Below, piece after piece: positions 8,718-18,996 of a stretch of 64,000 nt of DNA (position 1 is its first letter; every line of letters begins with the position of its first letter). The stretch is from an uncultured Marinoscillum sp. (GTDB lineage Bacteria > Bacteroidota > Bacteroidia > Cytophagales > MED-G16), in assembly GCA_964527965.1 (NCBI GenBank), contig CAZGPH010000001.1:150657-214656 (forward strand), read 5' to 3'. The notes below the pieces were generated by a model. It was not told the DNA's origin and made no database searches. It saw only the letters and a program-made list of their open reading frames with translations. The translations under genes and the position numbers were made by a program.

Positions 8718-11123
8718 ATGAAAAACATTAAAATAAAAAAAGTAGCTGTTATAGGTTCAGGTATAATGGGCTCTAGAATAGCTTGCCATTTAGTAAATGT
8801 TGGTATTGATGTTTTGTTATTAGATATATGTCCTAGTGAGTTAAATGAAAAAGAAAAAACATTAAAAAAGAAAATTTCTGATAAAGAAGTAAAAAACAGA
8901 ATAGTTAATGATTCTTTATCAAACACATTAAAAGCAAAACCTTCTTCTTTGTTTTTAAAATCAGATTACGATAAAATAAAAACAGGAAATTTAGAAGATG
9001 ATATAGGTAAAATTTCTTCTGTTGATTGGATTATAGAAGCTGTTGTAGAAAAAATATCAATTAAAAAAAAGGTATACGATTTAATAGAAAAACACAGAAA
9101 TAAAAAAACTATAATTTCAACAAACACATCAGGTATCCCTATATCTCAAATTTCAGATAAAAGAACTTCTAATTTTAAAGAAATGTTTTTAGGCACACAT
9201 TTTTTTAATCCTCCGCGCTATTTAAGATTGTTAGAAATAATTCCTGGCAAAGAAACAAAAAAACAAATTGTTGATTTTTTTATAGAGTTTGGATCAGTTG
9301 TTTTAGGAAAAGAAACTGTTTTATGTAAGGACACACCGGCTTTTATAGCAAATAGGTTAGGTATTTACTCTTTAATGTCCACCATACACTCTGTTGAAAA
9401 AAACAACCTGAGTGTTTCTGAAGTTGATTTTTTAACAGGAACTTTAATAGGCAGACCAAAATCCGCAACATTTAGAACAATGGACGTTGTTGGTTTAGAT
9501 ACAGCAGTAAACGTTTCTAAAAACCTTTTGAAAGACCTTAAAAAAGATGAGTCTGTTTCTATGTTTGAGTTGCCAACCTCGGTAAAATCTTTATATATTA
9601 ATAAGCAGTGGGGAGATAAGACGGGAAGGGGTTTTTACAAGAAAGAAATTAAAGAAAAAGGGAAAAGGGTCTTTTATGAAATTAATTTAAAAACGCTTGA
9701 ATATAAAGGCTTGGAAAAAATAAAAGATAAGTCTCTTTTAGAAATTAAGAAATCAGAACAACTTGAGGATAGGATAAAAAAACTAATAAACCTTAAAAAC
9801 AAATACGGTGATTTTTATAGGTCAACTTTTTATGACACTTTTAGATACTGTTCTTTAAGGATACCAGAAGTTAGCGATGAAATATATAAAATAGATAATG
9901 CTATTTGTTCAGGTTTTGGTTGGAAAAAAGGACCTTTTGAAACTTGGGATGTTATAGGTGTAGGAGACGCTTATAAAGAAATGGTAAGTATGAACCTAAA
10001 ACCAGCCGAATGGGTAAAAGAAATGTTATCCAATAACATTAAAAGCTTCTATAGGTTTAAAAACAACAAAAAAGAATATTACAATATATCAGAAAAAAAG
10101 TATTGTCAGGTTCCTGGACAAGAAGAGGTTATACTGCTTGATGCCTTTAAGGAAAAGGATATTGTTTGGACAAATAAAGATGTTTCTTTATATGACATAA
10201 AAGATGGTATATTAAACCTTGAGTTTCACACAAAAATGAACTCAATAGGAGAGGGTGTGTTAATGGGAATAAACAAAGCAATAGACACGTGTGAAAAAGA
10301 ATTCAAAGGACTTATTATCTCTAATGAGGCTGATTACTTTTCTGCGGGAGCTGATCTGGGAACGTTATTTATGCTGGCAGGAAACAGAGACTTTAAAAAA
10401 ATTGAGGAATCTATTAGGGTATTTCAAAACACAATGATGAGGGTTAGACACTCATCTGTTCCTGTTGTTGTTGCCACATCCGGGATAGCCCTTGGGGGAG
10501 GCTGTGAACTTAGTTTACACGCAGACTCAATACAAGCACACAGCGAAACCTATATGGGCTTGGTAGAGCTTGGTGCTGGATTGATTCCAGCCGGAGGAGG
10601 AACTAAAGAGTTAGTTATGAGAACAGCCTCTCGATATGGAAAAGGAGACCCTGAGTTTAATAAACTAATGGAGTCTTTTATGAATATAGCCTCTGCTAAA
10701 GTGAGCACCTCCGCTAAAGAAGCAGAAGAGATGGGGTACATAACAAAAAAAGACAAACAAACGACAAACAGAAAAAACCTCCTTAAAGACGCAAAAAACA
10801 CTATTTTAAATATATTGTCTTATGGGTATATTAAACCAACAATTAACAAAAAAATTAAAGTACACGGAAGGTCAGCATTAGCTATGTTTAACGCGGGTGT
10901 AGAAACAATGAAGCAAGGTAAATATATATCGGATTATGATCAAAAGCTAGCCCAAAAACTCGCCTATATTATGTGTGGGGGAGATTTAACGCAAGAATGT
11001 TTAGTTGATGAGCAGTACCTTCTAGACTTAGAAAGAGAAGCATTTGTTAGCCTCTGTGGAGAACAAAAAACACTAGAAAGAATGCATTCAATTTTATTTA
11101 AAAGAAAACCATTAAGAAATTAG
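8718..11123 (+). CDS. Fused 3-hydroxyacyl-CoA dehydrogenase / enoyl-CoA hydratase (beta-oxidation multifunctional enzyme)
   Basis: 801 aa. N-terminal Rossmann motif VAVIGSGIMGSRIA (3HCDH domain). C-terminal crotonase-type segment ISNEADYFSAGADLG...GIALGGGCEL. A thiolase gene follows. Confidence 0.85.
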   Translation: MKNIKIKKVAVIGSGIMGSRIACHLVNVGIDVLLLDICPSELNEKEKTLKKKISDKEVKNRIVNDSLSNTLKAKPSSLFLKSDYDKIKTGNLEDDIGKISSVDWIIEAVVEKISIKKKVYDLIEKHRNKKTIISTNTSGIPISQISDKRTSNFKEMFLGTHFFNPPRYLRLLEIIPGKETKKQIVDFFIEFGSVVLGKETVLCKDTPAFIANRLGIYSLMSTIHSVEKNNLSVSEVDFLTGTLIGRPKSATFRTMDVVGLDTAVNVSKNLLKDLKKDESVSMFELPTSVKSLYINKQWGDKTGRGFYKKEIKEKGKRVFYEINLKTLEYKGLEKIKDKSLLEIKKSEQLEDRIKKLINLKNKYGDFYRSTFYDTFRYCSLRIPEVSDEIYKIDNAICSGFGWKKGPFETWDVIGVGDAYKEMVSMNLKPAEWVKEMLSNNIKSFYRFKNNKKEYYNISEKKYCQVPGQEEVILLDAFKEKDIVWTNKDVSLYDIKDGILNLEFHTKMNSIGEGVLMGINKAIDTCEKEFKGLIISNEADYFSAGADLGTLFMLAGNRDFKKIEESIRVFQNTMMRVRHSSVPVVVATSGIALGGGCELSLHADSIQAHSETYMGLVELGAGLIPAGGGTKELVMRTASRYGKGDPEFNKLMESFMNIASAKVSTSAKEAEEMGYITKKDKQTTNRKNLLKDAKNTILNILSYGYIKPTINKKIKVHGRSALAMFNAGVETMKQGKYISDYDQKLAQKLAYIMCGGDLTQECLVDEQYLLDLEREAFVSLCGEQKTLERMHSILFKRKPLRN

Positions 11124-11125
11124 TT

Positions 11126-12301
11126 ATGAAAGACGCGTATATTGTTTCGGGTTTAAGGTCTCCTGTTGGAAAAGCTAAAAAAGGAGGGCTAAGGTTTATT
11201 AGACCAGATGATCTAGCAGCCAAAGTCATAAAAGGCTTAGTAAAAAAAACAAAAGGTCTCGAAGGAAAAATGGTAGACGACTTAATTGTTGGAAACGCTG
11301 TCCCAGAGGCAGAACAAGGAATGCAGATGGCTAGATACATATCTTTGTTGTCATTACCAAAAGAAGTTCCAGGCCTAATCATAAACAGATACTGTGGCTC
11401 TGGTCTTGAAGCCATTCATTTAGCTTGTGCAAAAATTAACTCTGGATCAGCAGAGTGTGTTATTGCTGGGGGTACCGAATCTATGAGCATGGTGCCTATG
11501 ACTGGCTACAAATCAGCATTAAATTATAACATATCAAATTCAAACCCAGAGTATTATTTAAACATGGGGCTTACAGCGGAGAAACTAGCTTTAAAATATA
11601 AAATAACAAGAGAAGAATCTGATCTATTTTCTTATAATTCACACAAGAAAGCAATAAAAGCTATAGATAAAAACCTCTTTAAAGATGAAATTTTACCAAT
11701 TGGTGTTGATGAGGTTACTGTTGTGAATGGTAAAAAAAGAACATCAAGTTGGTTGGTAGAAAAAGACGAAGGACCAAGAAAAAACACAACGGTTGACGCC
11801 CTTTCAAAGCTAAAGCCGGCCTTTAAGTTAGGTGGCCAGGTAACAGCAGGAAACTCTTCTCAGATGTCTGATGGAGCAGCCTTTGTGGTTGTCATGTCAG
11901 AGAAAATGATAAAAAAACTAAATATAAAACCAATCGGAAGGATGGTTTCTTATGCTACAGCTGGAGTAGAACCAAGTATTATGGGAATAGGTCCAGCAGA
12001 AGCGGTACCAAAAGCATTGAAGCAAGCGGGTTTAAAGCAGAACGAAATTGAACAAATTGAACTTAATGAAGCTTTTGCAGCCCAAGCGCTGTCCGTTATA
12101 AAAGCTTTAGATTTAGACGAGAAAACGGTTAATGTTAACGGTGGAGCTGTAGCTTTAGGTCACCCGTTAGGTATGACAGGAGCTAAATTGTCTATTCAAC
12201 TTTTTAATGAAATGAAAAGAAGAAACCAAAAGTACGGAATAGTTACAGCTTGTGTCGGTGGTGGTCAGGGTGTTTGTGGTGTTTTTGAAAACCTTACCTA
12301 A
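11126..12301 (+). CDS. fadA: Acetyl-CoA C-acyltransferase (3-ketoacyl-CoA thiolase)
   Basis: 391 aa with the active-site Cys context NRYCGSGLEA, then NEAFAAQ, and the C-terminal GHPLGMTGA...ACVGGGQG. Confidence 0.9.
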   Translation: MKDAYIVSGLRSPVGKAKKGGLRFIRPDDLAAKVIKGLVKKTKGLEGKMVDDLIVGNAVPEAEQGMQMARYISLLSLPKEVPGLIINRYCGSGLEAIHLACAKINSGSAECVIAGGTESMSMVPMTGYKSALNYNISNSNPEYYLNMGLTAEKLALKYKITREESDLFSYNSHKKAIKAIDKNLFKDEILPIGVDEVTVVNGKKRTSSWLVEKDEGPRKNTTVDALSKLKPAFKLGGQVTAGNSSQMSDGAAFVVVMSEKMIKKLNIKPIGRMVSYATAGVEPSIMGIGPAEAVPKALKQAGLKQNEIEQIELNEAFAAQALSVIKALDLDEKTVNVNGGAVALGHPLGMTGAKLSIQLFNEMKRRNQKYGIVTACVGGGQGVCGVFENLT

Positions 12302-12875
12302 TAACCTCTACAACAACCTCTACTTCGACAGGAATTTTACTTGGTAAAGAAACCATTCCAACAGCAGAGCGGGCGTGCTTTCCTCTTTCTCCAAAAACCT
12401 CAACTATAAAATCAGAAAAACCATTTATAACAGCAGGTTGCTCGTAAAAATCAGATGTTGAGTTAACCATTCCAATAACCTTCACAAAACGTTTAACCTT
12501 ATTGAGGTCCCCTATTTCTTTTTTAAGAGAAGCTAATATATTTATACCAACAAGCCTTGCTGCATTATAACCTTCTTCAATTGTCATGTCTTCACCCAAA
12601 CGACCAGTAACATATCCCCCATCTTTTTTTCTAGGACCAGTTCCAGAAACATAAACCAACATTGTGTTTTTCCCTTCAGAAAACCGGACCGTTGGAACAT
12701 AATTTGCTATAGGTTTTCCTGGCACAGGGAGCTCTATATTAAGACTTTTAATTTTTTCCTCCACATCATAATCATAGAGAGGGGTGTTGAAAACATAGTA
12801 GTCTACAGCCTCTTTATCATTTGGCGTACAACCCATAAAAAACAACGCTAAAAACAAACACTTAATTTTCTCCAT
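12294..12875 (-). CDS. RidA/YjgF-family protein with an N-terminal lipoprotein signal peptide
   Basis: Lipobox LFFMGCTPND. The C-terminal ~120 aa are YjgF/RidA-like (...VKVIGMVNSTSDF...HARSAVGMVSLPSKIPVEVEVVVEV). Confidence 0.7.
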   Translation of the reverse strand: MEKIKCLFLALFFMGCTPNDKEAVDYYVFNTPLYDYDVEEKIKSLNIELPVPGKPIANYVPTVRFSEGKNTMLVYVSGTGPRKKDGGYVTGRLGEDMTIEEGYNAARLVGINILASLKKEIGDLNKVKRFVKVIGMVNSTSDFYEQPAVINGFSDFIVEVFGERGKHARSAVGMVSLPSKIPVEVEVVVEVIR

Positions 12876-13272
12876 AAGATGTAATTATAATTTTTCTAAC
12901 TTTTCCACCATTTCGGTGTTCACACAAATATATCCCTTGCCAAACACCTAACAAAGGAACCCCGTCTTTTATTGGAAAATTAACAGATGATCCTAAAACA
13001 CTAGATTTTATATGAGAAGTCATGTCATCAGGACCCTCAAAAGTGTGTTTAAAATAGGTTTCTTTTTCAGAAACCATTTTGTTAAAGTGTGTTTCAAAAT
13101 CTTCTCTAACCGTAGGGTCTGCATTTTCATTTATCGTCAAACTCGCAGATGTGTGTTGTATAAACACATTTACAACCCCTGTTATTTTTGGCAGGTGTTT
13201 CACAACCTCATTGGTTATTAAATGAAAACCCCTTGGGTAGGCATTAAGTGTTATTTCTTTTTGATCAACCAC
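12862..13272 (-). CDS. yjbQ: YjbQ / UPF0047 family protein (secondary thiamine-phosphate synthase enzyme family)
   Basis: 136 aa with the family signature [21 protein letters not shown] and [12 protein letters not shown]. Confidence 0.8.
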   Translation of the reverse strand: MVDQKEITLNAYPRGFHLITNEVVKHLPKITGVVNVFIQHTSASLTINENADPTVREDFETHFNKMVSEKETYFKHTFEGPDDMTSHIKSSVLGSSVNFPIKDGVPLLGVWQGIYLCEHRNGGKVRKIIITSYGEN

Positions 13273-14356
13273 CTAAACCAACTTTCATTTTCTCGGCGTT
13301 TTCAGCAATTCGGAGTTTTTCTGTAAAAGAAAATAAACCACCAGAAACAACCTCGGGTAGGTTATAAACGGTATGGTTAATACGGTGGTCGGTAACTCTT
13401 CCTTGTGGATAATTATATGTTCTAATTTTATCAGAACGGTCTCCAGAGCCAACCATAGTTTTTCTTTTCCCTGCTATTTCATCGTTTTGTTTTTTTACCT
13501 CTATCTCATAAAGTTTAGATCTTAAAACCTTCATAGCCTTATCATAGTTTGCGTGTTGAGATCTTCCGTCTTGACACTCAACAACAACACCTGTTGGCTC
13601 GTGTGTTAATCTTACGGCAGATTCAGTTTTATTTACATGTTGACCACCAGCACCCGAAGCTCTATATGTGTCTTTTCTTATGTCCGCATTGTTAATCTCT
13701 AACTCAACATCTTCTGCCTCAGGTAAAACAGCAACTGTAGCAGCCGATGTGTGTACACGTCCTTGGGTTTCTGTGTTAGGAACTCTTTGTACCCGGTGTG
13801 TGCCAGCCTCAAACTTTAGTTTACCATAAACATCTTCTCCTTCTACTGAGCAAACAATTTCTTTATAACCCCCAGAGGAGCCCTCATTAAAACTAATAAC
13901 ATTTAACCCCCATTTGTTTTTTTCTGAATACAGCTGATACATTCTTAGAAGGTCACCGGCAAAAATCGCAGCTTCATCACCACCTGTGCCGGCTCTAATT
14001 TCAAGTATCACATTTTTTTCATCGTTTGGATCTTTAGGAATAAGAAGAATTTTTAAACCTTCTTCTTCTAAGGTTCTTTTCTCGTTTAAAGTTTCAAGCT
14101 CTTTTTTTGCTATTTCTCTAAACTCCTCGTCTTTTTCATTCTCTATAATTTCTTTAGCCTCCTCAACCCCCACTAAAGTAGACTTATAAGAGTCAAATTT
14201 TTTAACTATTTTTCCTAATGACTTATATTCTTTATTAAGTTTTGTATAAATTTTTAGATCAGAAACAGTTTCTGGTTTAGAAAGTTCTCTCTCAACTTCT
14301 TCATATCTTTTTTTTAACTCCTCTAGCTTATCTATCATTTTTCTTATTTTTAACAA
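13265..14356 (-). CDS. prfA: Peptide chain release factor 1
   Basis: GGQ motif [18 protein letters not shown]1-type tripeptide region [14 protein letters not shown] (PxT). Length is typical. An internal Met (MIDKLEEL) at codon 7 is an alternative start. Confidence 0.95.
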   Translation of the reverse strand: MLKIRKMIDKLEELKKRYEEVERELSKPETVSDLKIYTKLNKEYKSLGKIVKKFDSYKSTLVGVEEAKEIIENEKDEEFREIAKKELETLNEKRTLEEEGLKILLIPKDPNDEKNVILEIRAGTGGDEAAIFAGDLLRMYQLYSEKNKWGLNVISFNEGSSGGYKEIVCSVEGEDVYGKLKFEAGTHRVQRVPNTETQGRVHTSAATVAVLPEAEDVELEINNADIRKDTYRASGAGGQHVNKTESAVRLTHEPTGVVVECQDGRSQHANYDKAMKVLRSKLYEIEVKKQNDEIAGKRKTMVGSGDRSDKIRTYNYPQGRVTDHRINHTVYNLPEVVSGGLFSFTEKLRIAENAEKMKVGLGG

Positions 14357-14435
14357 CTAATATAAAAACCTAACATTAATTAATTTCATAAACTGTATAT
14401 TAATAAATAAATATTTTTTTAAAAATAAAACAAAA

Positions 14436-15266
14436 ATGTCAAGAAGAGTTTCTATTCTTTTTACTTTAATAAACTTCCTTTTTTCTTTTAACGGAGTTGG
14501 CCAAAAAGAAAACTTAAATGAGAGTTTTATATCTGAAAAAAGCGTTTTTGTTTATTCCTTGCTAAACAAAGAAACAGAAAAAGAGAAAATTTTAAATATA
14601 CACAAAACCCTATCATCTTTAGGGTTAGATGTTGTGAATTATATAGATAGTTTAAACACACATACTTCTAATGAGATAACAACCAACCTTCTAAAGTACC
14701 TTGATTCCAGAGAGGTTAAAAACACCGTTCTTTTTTCAGAAAAAAACAACTCACTTAGCTTCTATGGTTTGGGGTTTTTTAACCAAAAAAAAGAACCACC
14801 AAAATTAATTTTATCAGGAGACTCTGTTTTTAATAAATTAAAAAACAAAGTCATTAATTCTAAAGTAAACCAAAAAAACTTTCTTTTACCCCCCCAACCA
14901 GAGGTTTTGTTAAAAGCTAAAATAAAACCTTTTAGAAAAATTCTAATAAAACCAGACATATCAAAAGACAAGATTGGAATAACAACAAAAATTAATACAG
15001 AGTTACCTAAAAACATAATCCAAGTTGAGGAAAAAGAGGATTATCGTTTTTACTTTTCAAATGGAGTTAATTATATAATCCAATTTTATACAGGCACAGA
15101 ATCTTTTATTCAAAAAACTTTTAATCTAAAAAACCTAAACCCGACTTCGAATAAAAAAACTACTATTTTAGTCTTAGAACACACAGCCACAAGAAACCGC
15201 TTTTTTTATTTTAACCCAAAATATAGTGAAAAAGAAGATGTCTTATTAAGTTTTCTATCAAACTAA
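14436..15266 (+). CDS. Hypothetical exported protein
   Basis: 276-aa ORF with a hydrophobic N-terminus (ILFTLINFLFSFNGVGQ). I recognise no motif. The coding call rests on its length and on filling the gap between flanking genes. Confidence 0.4.
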   Translation: MSRRVSILFTLINFLFSFNGVGQKENLNESFISEKSVFVYSLLNKETEKEKILNIHKTLSSLGLDVVNYIDSLNTHTSNEITTNLLKYLDSREVKNTVLFSEKNNSLSFYGLGFFNQKKEPPKLILSGDSVFNKLKNKVINSKVNQKNFLLPPQPEVLLKAKIKPFRKILIKPDISKDKIGITTKINTELPKNIIQVEEKEDYRFYFSNGVNYIIQFYTGTESFIQKTFNLKNLNPTSNKKTTILVLEHTATRNRFFYFNPKYSEKEDVLLSFLSN

Positions 15267-15796
15267 AAAGAAAGTTTTTCATTTATAAAAGGAATAAGAG
15301 ACATAACAACAGCTTGTTTATAGTATTTTGATCTATCTACTAAGCTTCCAGTTAATATTCCAACCGCTCCATCTTTTTCTTTAGAGTTTTTCCTGTTGAA
15401 AATAAGGTCATCAGCCTCGCCCAACTCTATACCTTGTTCTATAAGGTTTTGAATTTCTTTTGGAAGTTGAAAAAGAGAGGTTTTACCATAACCTGTTTTT
15501 TCTTTAGAAACAGTCACAACCCAAGCAAAAGCAAAAAGGTTATTGTCCTCATATGAACACCCACCTTCTATACCCACATAAAAGTCAGCTGCAGTTTTTT
15601 TTAATTGTTTTGCTCTGTTTTTTGCTCCATTTTTTGTTTCAACACAAGACATCGGCTGATCAGGAACACCAGAAGAAACACTTAACCCAACAACTTCAAT
15701 AGGAACTTTAAAAACCTCCTTAAAAGCAGAAAAAACAGCATTTGTTTTTGTTGGATTTTTTGAACCAACCAAAACGGTTAATTTATTAAAACCCAA
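15263..15796 (-). CDS. Inosine/xanthosine triphosphatase, YjjX-like (NTPase I-T family)
   Basis: 177 aa. The N-terminal VLVGSKNPTKTNAV resembles the GSxNPxKxxAV motif of YjjX/DUF84 proteins. Internal segment YVGIEGG. Confidence 0.65.
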   Translation of the reverse strand: MGFNKLTVLVGSKNPTKTNAVFSAFKEVFKVPIEVVGLSVSSGVPDQPMSCVETKNGAKNRAKQLKKTAADFYVGIEGGCSYEDNNLFAFAWVVTVSKEKTGYGKTSLFQLPKEIQNLIEQGIELGEADDLIFNRKNSKEKDGAVGILTGSLVDRSKYYKQAVVMSLIPFINEKLSF

Positions 15797-16278
15797 TTTT
15801 CTTTTTTGTTTTTATTATAAGTTAATGTTCTTTTTGTGTTTTTAATTTTAACCCCAACTATGTTTGTTTGTTCTTCTAGAACATCAAATAAAATTGTATT
15901 CTTAATCGACAGTTTTTTGTCTCCAAAAGTTTCTTCTGTTGTAAACACAATGTTTGCTGTTTCTGTGTAATCACTTCCCTCAAAAACAAAACGATCTAAA
16001 ACCAAACTCCTCTTTTCCCCTTCTACAGAAACGACAAAGTTTTTTTTAATGTAATTTATAATGTTCCCTTTTTCTTTTTCGGAGAGATCTTCAGAATAAC
16101 CTCTAAGCTCTAGTGCATCAAAAATATCATCTTTAAACATTCTCATAGAAAAAAAAGAGGTGTTGTTTTTTTCATAAATATTACAAACACTAACATATAC
16201 AGCATGAGAGAAAGATTGTTTAGAACTAAAAAAAAGAAGTAAAAAAAAAGAAGAAAAAAACAGTCTTTTATAATCCAT
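15778..16278 (-). CDS. Exported protein resembling the DUF6702 family
   Basis: Signal-like N-terminus, then HAVYVSVCNIYEKNN...MRMFKDDIFDALE...IKNTILFDVLEEQTNIV. This matches my recollection of the Bacteroidota DUF6702 pattern. Overlaps both neighbours. Confidence 0.5.
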   Translation of the reverse strand: MDYKRLFFSSFFLLLFFSSKQSFSHAVYVSVCNIYEKNNTSFFSMRMFKDDIFDALELRGYSEDLSEKEKGNIINYIKKNFVVSVEGEKRSLVLDRFVFEGSDYTETANIVFTTEETFGDKKLSIKNTILFDVLEEQTNIVGVKIKNTKRTLTYNKNKKENWVLIN

Positions 16279-17653
16279 ATTTATCTATTAGATAAACTAA
16301 AGATGCCATGGAAGCTGTTCCTAATTCTAACTCCCTTGCGTGAACTAATTCAAAAACATCTTTTGCTGTGTGATGCATTTCAAAATATTTTTGACCATCA
16401 ATACTTAAGCCAAACATAGGCGTTCCTGTTTGCCTGTGAAGGGGTCCAATGTCTGCACCACCACCCCCTTTTGAAAAGTATGATATGGTGTTTTTATCAA
16501 AATACTTTAACCAATCTTGAATTTTCTTATGCTGTTCATCACTTCCTGAAAAACCAAACCCCCTAGGAACATACCCACTAGCATCACTTTCTATTGCAGC
16601 AATGTGTTGTTCATTTTCTTTGACAGCAATTTCAGCATATTTTAAACCACCCCTCAAACCAAACTCTTCATTCATAAACATAACAGCCCTAATTGTGTTG
16701 TTCGGTGTAATGTTTTGTTTTTGAAACAACCTTAAGGCTCCAATAGAGTGTACACAACCAGCACCATCATCATGAGCACCCTCCCCAATATCCCAAGAGT
16801 CTAAGTGCCCACCAACTGTTATTATTTTTTCAGGATTTTTTTTACCCCTTATTAGACCAATAACATTATGAGACAAAGCATCAGGGAACCATTTTCCTGA
16901 TAACCTCACGGTTAACTTTAAGCTAGGGTTTTCTTTAATAGCTTTAGATAATCTTTCTGAGGACAACACACCTAAACCACCATGTGCAATACTATCTACC
17001 CCCTCTTTGTATGACATACCCCCCGTATGAGGAAAATCCTCATAAGTTGAAGAAGAAAGAGACCTAAAAACAGAAGCTAAAGCACCGTATTCAGCCGCCT
17101 TAACAGCACCAGTTCTTCTTTGAAAACCAGTTTCACCGTAAGAAGCCCCAACATTAATATATCTTTGGTTGAAAGCTTTGTTATAAAACACAATTTTTCC
17201 TTCGATTTTCTCTTTTCCTAACTCATCAACCTCATCTAATGAAGCAACCTCAATTACCTCAGCTGTTACACCTTCTTTAGGGGTGGAAATAGTTCCCCCT
17301 GCACCTAAAATTGACAGGTTAATTTTTTCTTTTCCTTCATAAAAAAAAGCTTCTTCTATCTCACCTCTTTCCCAGTGTGGCACCATAACCTCTTGTAAGT
17401 ATACTGTGTCAAAGCCGTAACCCTCCATAACCTCTTTTGTCCAAATGACAGCTTTCTTTGCCCCCTCAGAACCACTCGGCCTAACCCCAATGTCTTTTGA
17501 AAGAGTTCTTAACAACTCATAACTCTCTCTTAACTCTAAAGCGTCGCTATAAAAAGTGTTTATAACATCTGATGTTTCTTGATCAAAAGGAACGGGACTT
17601 TCTTTACAGGATAATAAAGAAAAAATAAGTGTAGTATATATAAGTTTTTTCAT
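16268..17653 (-). CDS. M28-family aminopeptidase with a PA domain, lipoprotein
   Basis: Lipobox IFSLLSCKE. M28 metal-ligand contexts GGHLDSWDIGEGAHDDGAG, MFMNEEFGLRG and HHTAKD. Confidence 0.8.
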   Translation of the reverse strand: MKKLIYTTLIFSLLSCKESPVPFDQETSDVINTFYSDALELRESYELLRTLSKDIGVRPSGSEGAKKAVIWTKEVMEGYGFDTVYLQEVMVPHWERGEIEEAFFYEGKEKINLSILGAGGTISTPKEGVTAEVIEVASLDEVDELGKEKIEGKIVFYNKAFNQRYINVGASYGETGFQRRTGAVKAAEYGALASVFRSLSSSTYEDFPHTGGMSYKEGVDSIAHGGLGVLSSERLSKAIKENPSLKLTVRLSGKWFPDALSHNVIGLIRGKKNPEKIITVGGHLDSWDIGEGAHDDGAGCVHSIGALRLFQKQNITPNNTIRAVMFMNEEFGLRGGLKYAEIAVKENEQHIAAIESDASGYVPRGFGFSGSDEQHKKIQDWLKYFDKNTISYFSKGGGGADIGPLHRQTGTPMFGLSIDGQKYFEMHHTAKDVFELVHARELELGTASMASLVYLIDKYGL

Positions 17654-17761
17654 GTTTTTAAATTTCTCTAGTTTATAACAGATCTTTGTCTTATAAATAA
17701 TTAAATGACAAAAAATACCTTCTTGAAATTAATTTAATTAAAAAAATTATAATAAACCATA

Positions 17762-18871
17762 TCAACTGGTGGCAATCCAGAAAATATAAAAAATAAAAAC
17801 AAAGTATGAGGATATTAAAATTAAAGCTTGGTTTTTATTAACCCCCCCATCTCTTGTATATAAAAAGATAGAAAAAACAGTTAAACCAATAAACCACCAA
17901 GATAAACTAGACACCAAACCTATAATCTGAGGTGTCAACACAATAGGTCCATAAGAGAGAGTGAAAAAAAACAAAGGAATACCTAAAGCAACACATAAAT
18001 TAAAAATATTACTACCATATGCGTTTGATATTGCATCATCGTAGTTTCCGTTTTGAGCATCTTTATATGAAATAATAGTATCAGGAAAGCTACTTCCTAT
18101 TGCTGCAAAAATCATTGCTACAAACAATATCGGCACCCCTAATCCTTCAAATTCACCAATAAAAGGAACATAATAAATTTCACTCCCTAACCACTCGCAA
18201 GCGACAACTAAAAAATAACACACAAACCCAATTACCAAAGAGGATATTACAAACACAACCCAAGCTTTCATGATATTTAACGGTTTATTACCTATTAAAA
18301 TTCGCTTAAGATCAAGGATAATAAACGCTGACATTAAAGACACGGTTTCTTTATCGCTAAAAGGCTCTTCGTATTTGATACCCTCACCACCCCTCATTGT
18401 TTTAAATAAATAAATTAGATATAAAACATATATTAACATCAACATTAAACTTTCAATCCAACTTATTGTGCCTTGTTGAATAAAATAAATTAAAACAAAC
18501 TCAACCAATAACAACCAAACCCCATCCCTAAGAATAATTTTTTTTGATACAGCAACGGTTTTCTTTTTTGATCTAGACAAAACTCCAATTATTGCAGCGG
18601 AAGGAATTATTAAAGAGTTAAATAACACACTACCAAAAGAGGTTCCTAAACCACCCGAGAACCCAGAGACATCTTTAAGGTAAAATAAAAAAAACAAAGC
18701 AATAAACAACTCAGGCATTGAGCTCGCAACCGCATTTATTGTAGCTCCTTTAACACCATCTTTAAGGTTTCTACCAATATAATTAGAACCCTCTAAAAAC
18801 GTATCTCCAGCTCGCCAGATTACATAGCCACAAAAAAAAATTAATATCAAAGGAATTATTAAACCAGTCAT
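17762..18871 (-). CDS. Sodium/calcium exchanger (CaCA family) membrane protein
   Basis: Polytopic 369-aa protein with two alpha-repeat-like motifs (ASSMPELFIAL and GSSFPDTIIS). Confidence 0.75.
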   Translation of the reverse strand: MTGLIIPLILIFFCGYVIWRAGDTFLEGSNYIGRNLKDGVKGATINAVASSMPELFIALFFLFYLKDVSGFSGGLGTSFGSVLFNSLIIPSAAIIGVLSRSKKKTVAVSKKIILRDGVWLLLVEFVLIYFIQQGTISWIESLMLMLIYVLYLIYLFKTMRGGEGIKYEEPFSDKETVSLMSAFIILDLKRILIGNKPLNIMKAWVVFVISSLVIGFVCYFLVVACEWLGSEIYYVPFIGEFEGLGVPILFVAMIFAAIGSSFPDTIISYKDAQNGNYDDAISNAYGSNIFNLCVALGIPLFFFTLSYGPIVLTPQIIGLVSSLSWWFIGLTVFSIFLYTRDGGVNKNQALILISSYFVFIFYIFWIATS

Positions 18872-18996
18872 ATTGTTGTTTTAATTGTTGTTTTAAAAGT
18901 TATATATAAGAAAATGTAAAGTAAAAAAGTTAGGTGTTTTTTCACCAATCAATAGTAACAATATATATATAAAAACCGAAAAACTTTAGTTAAAAA

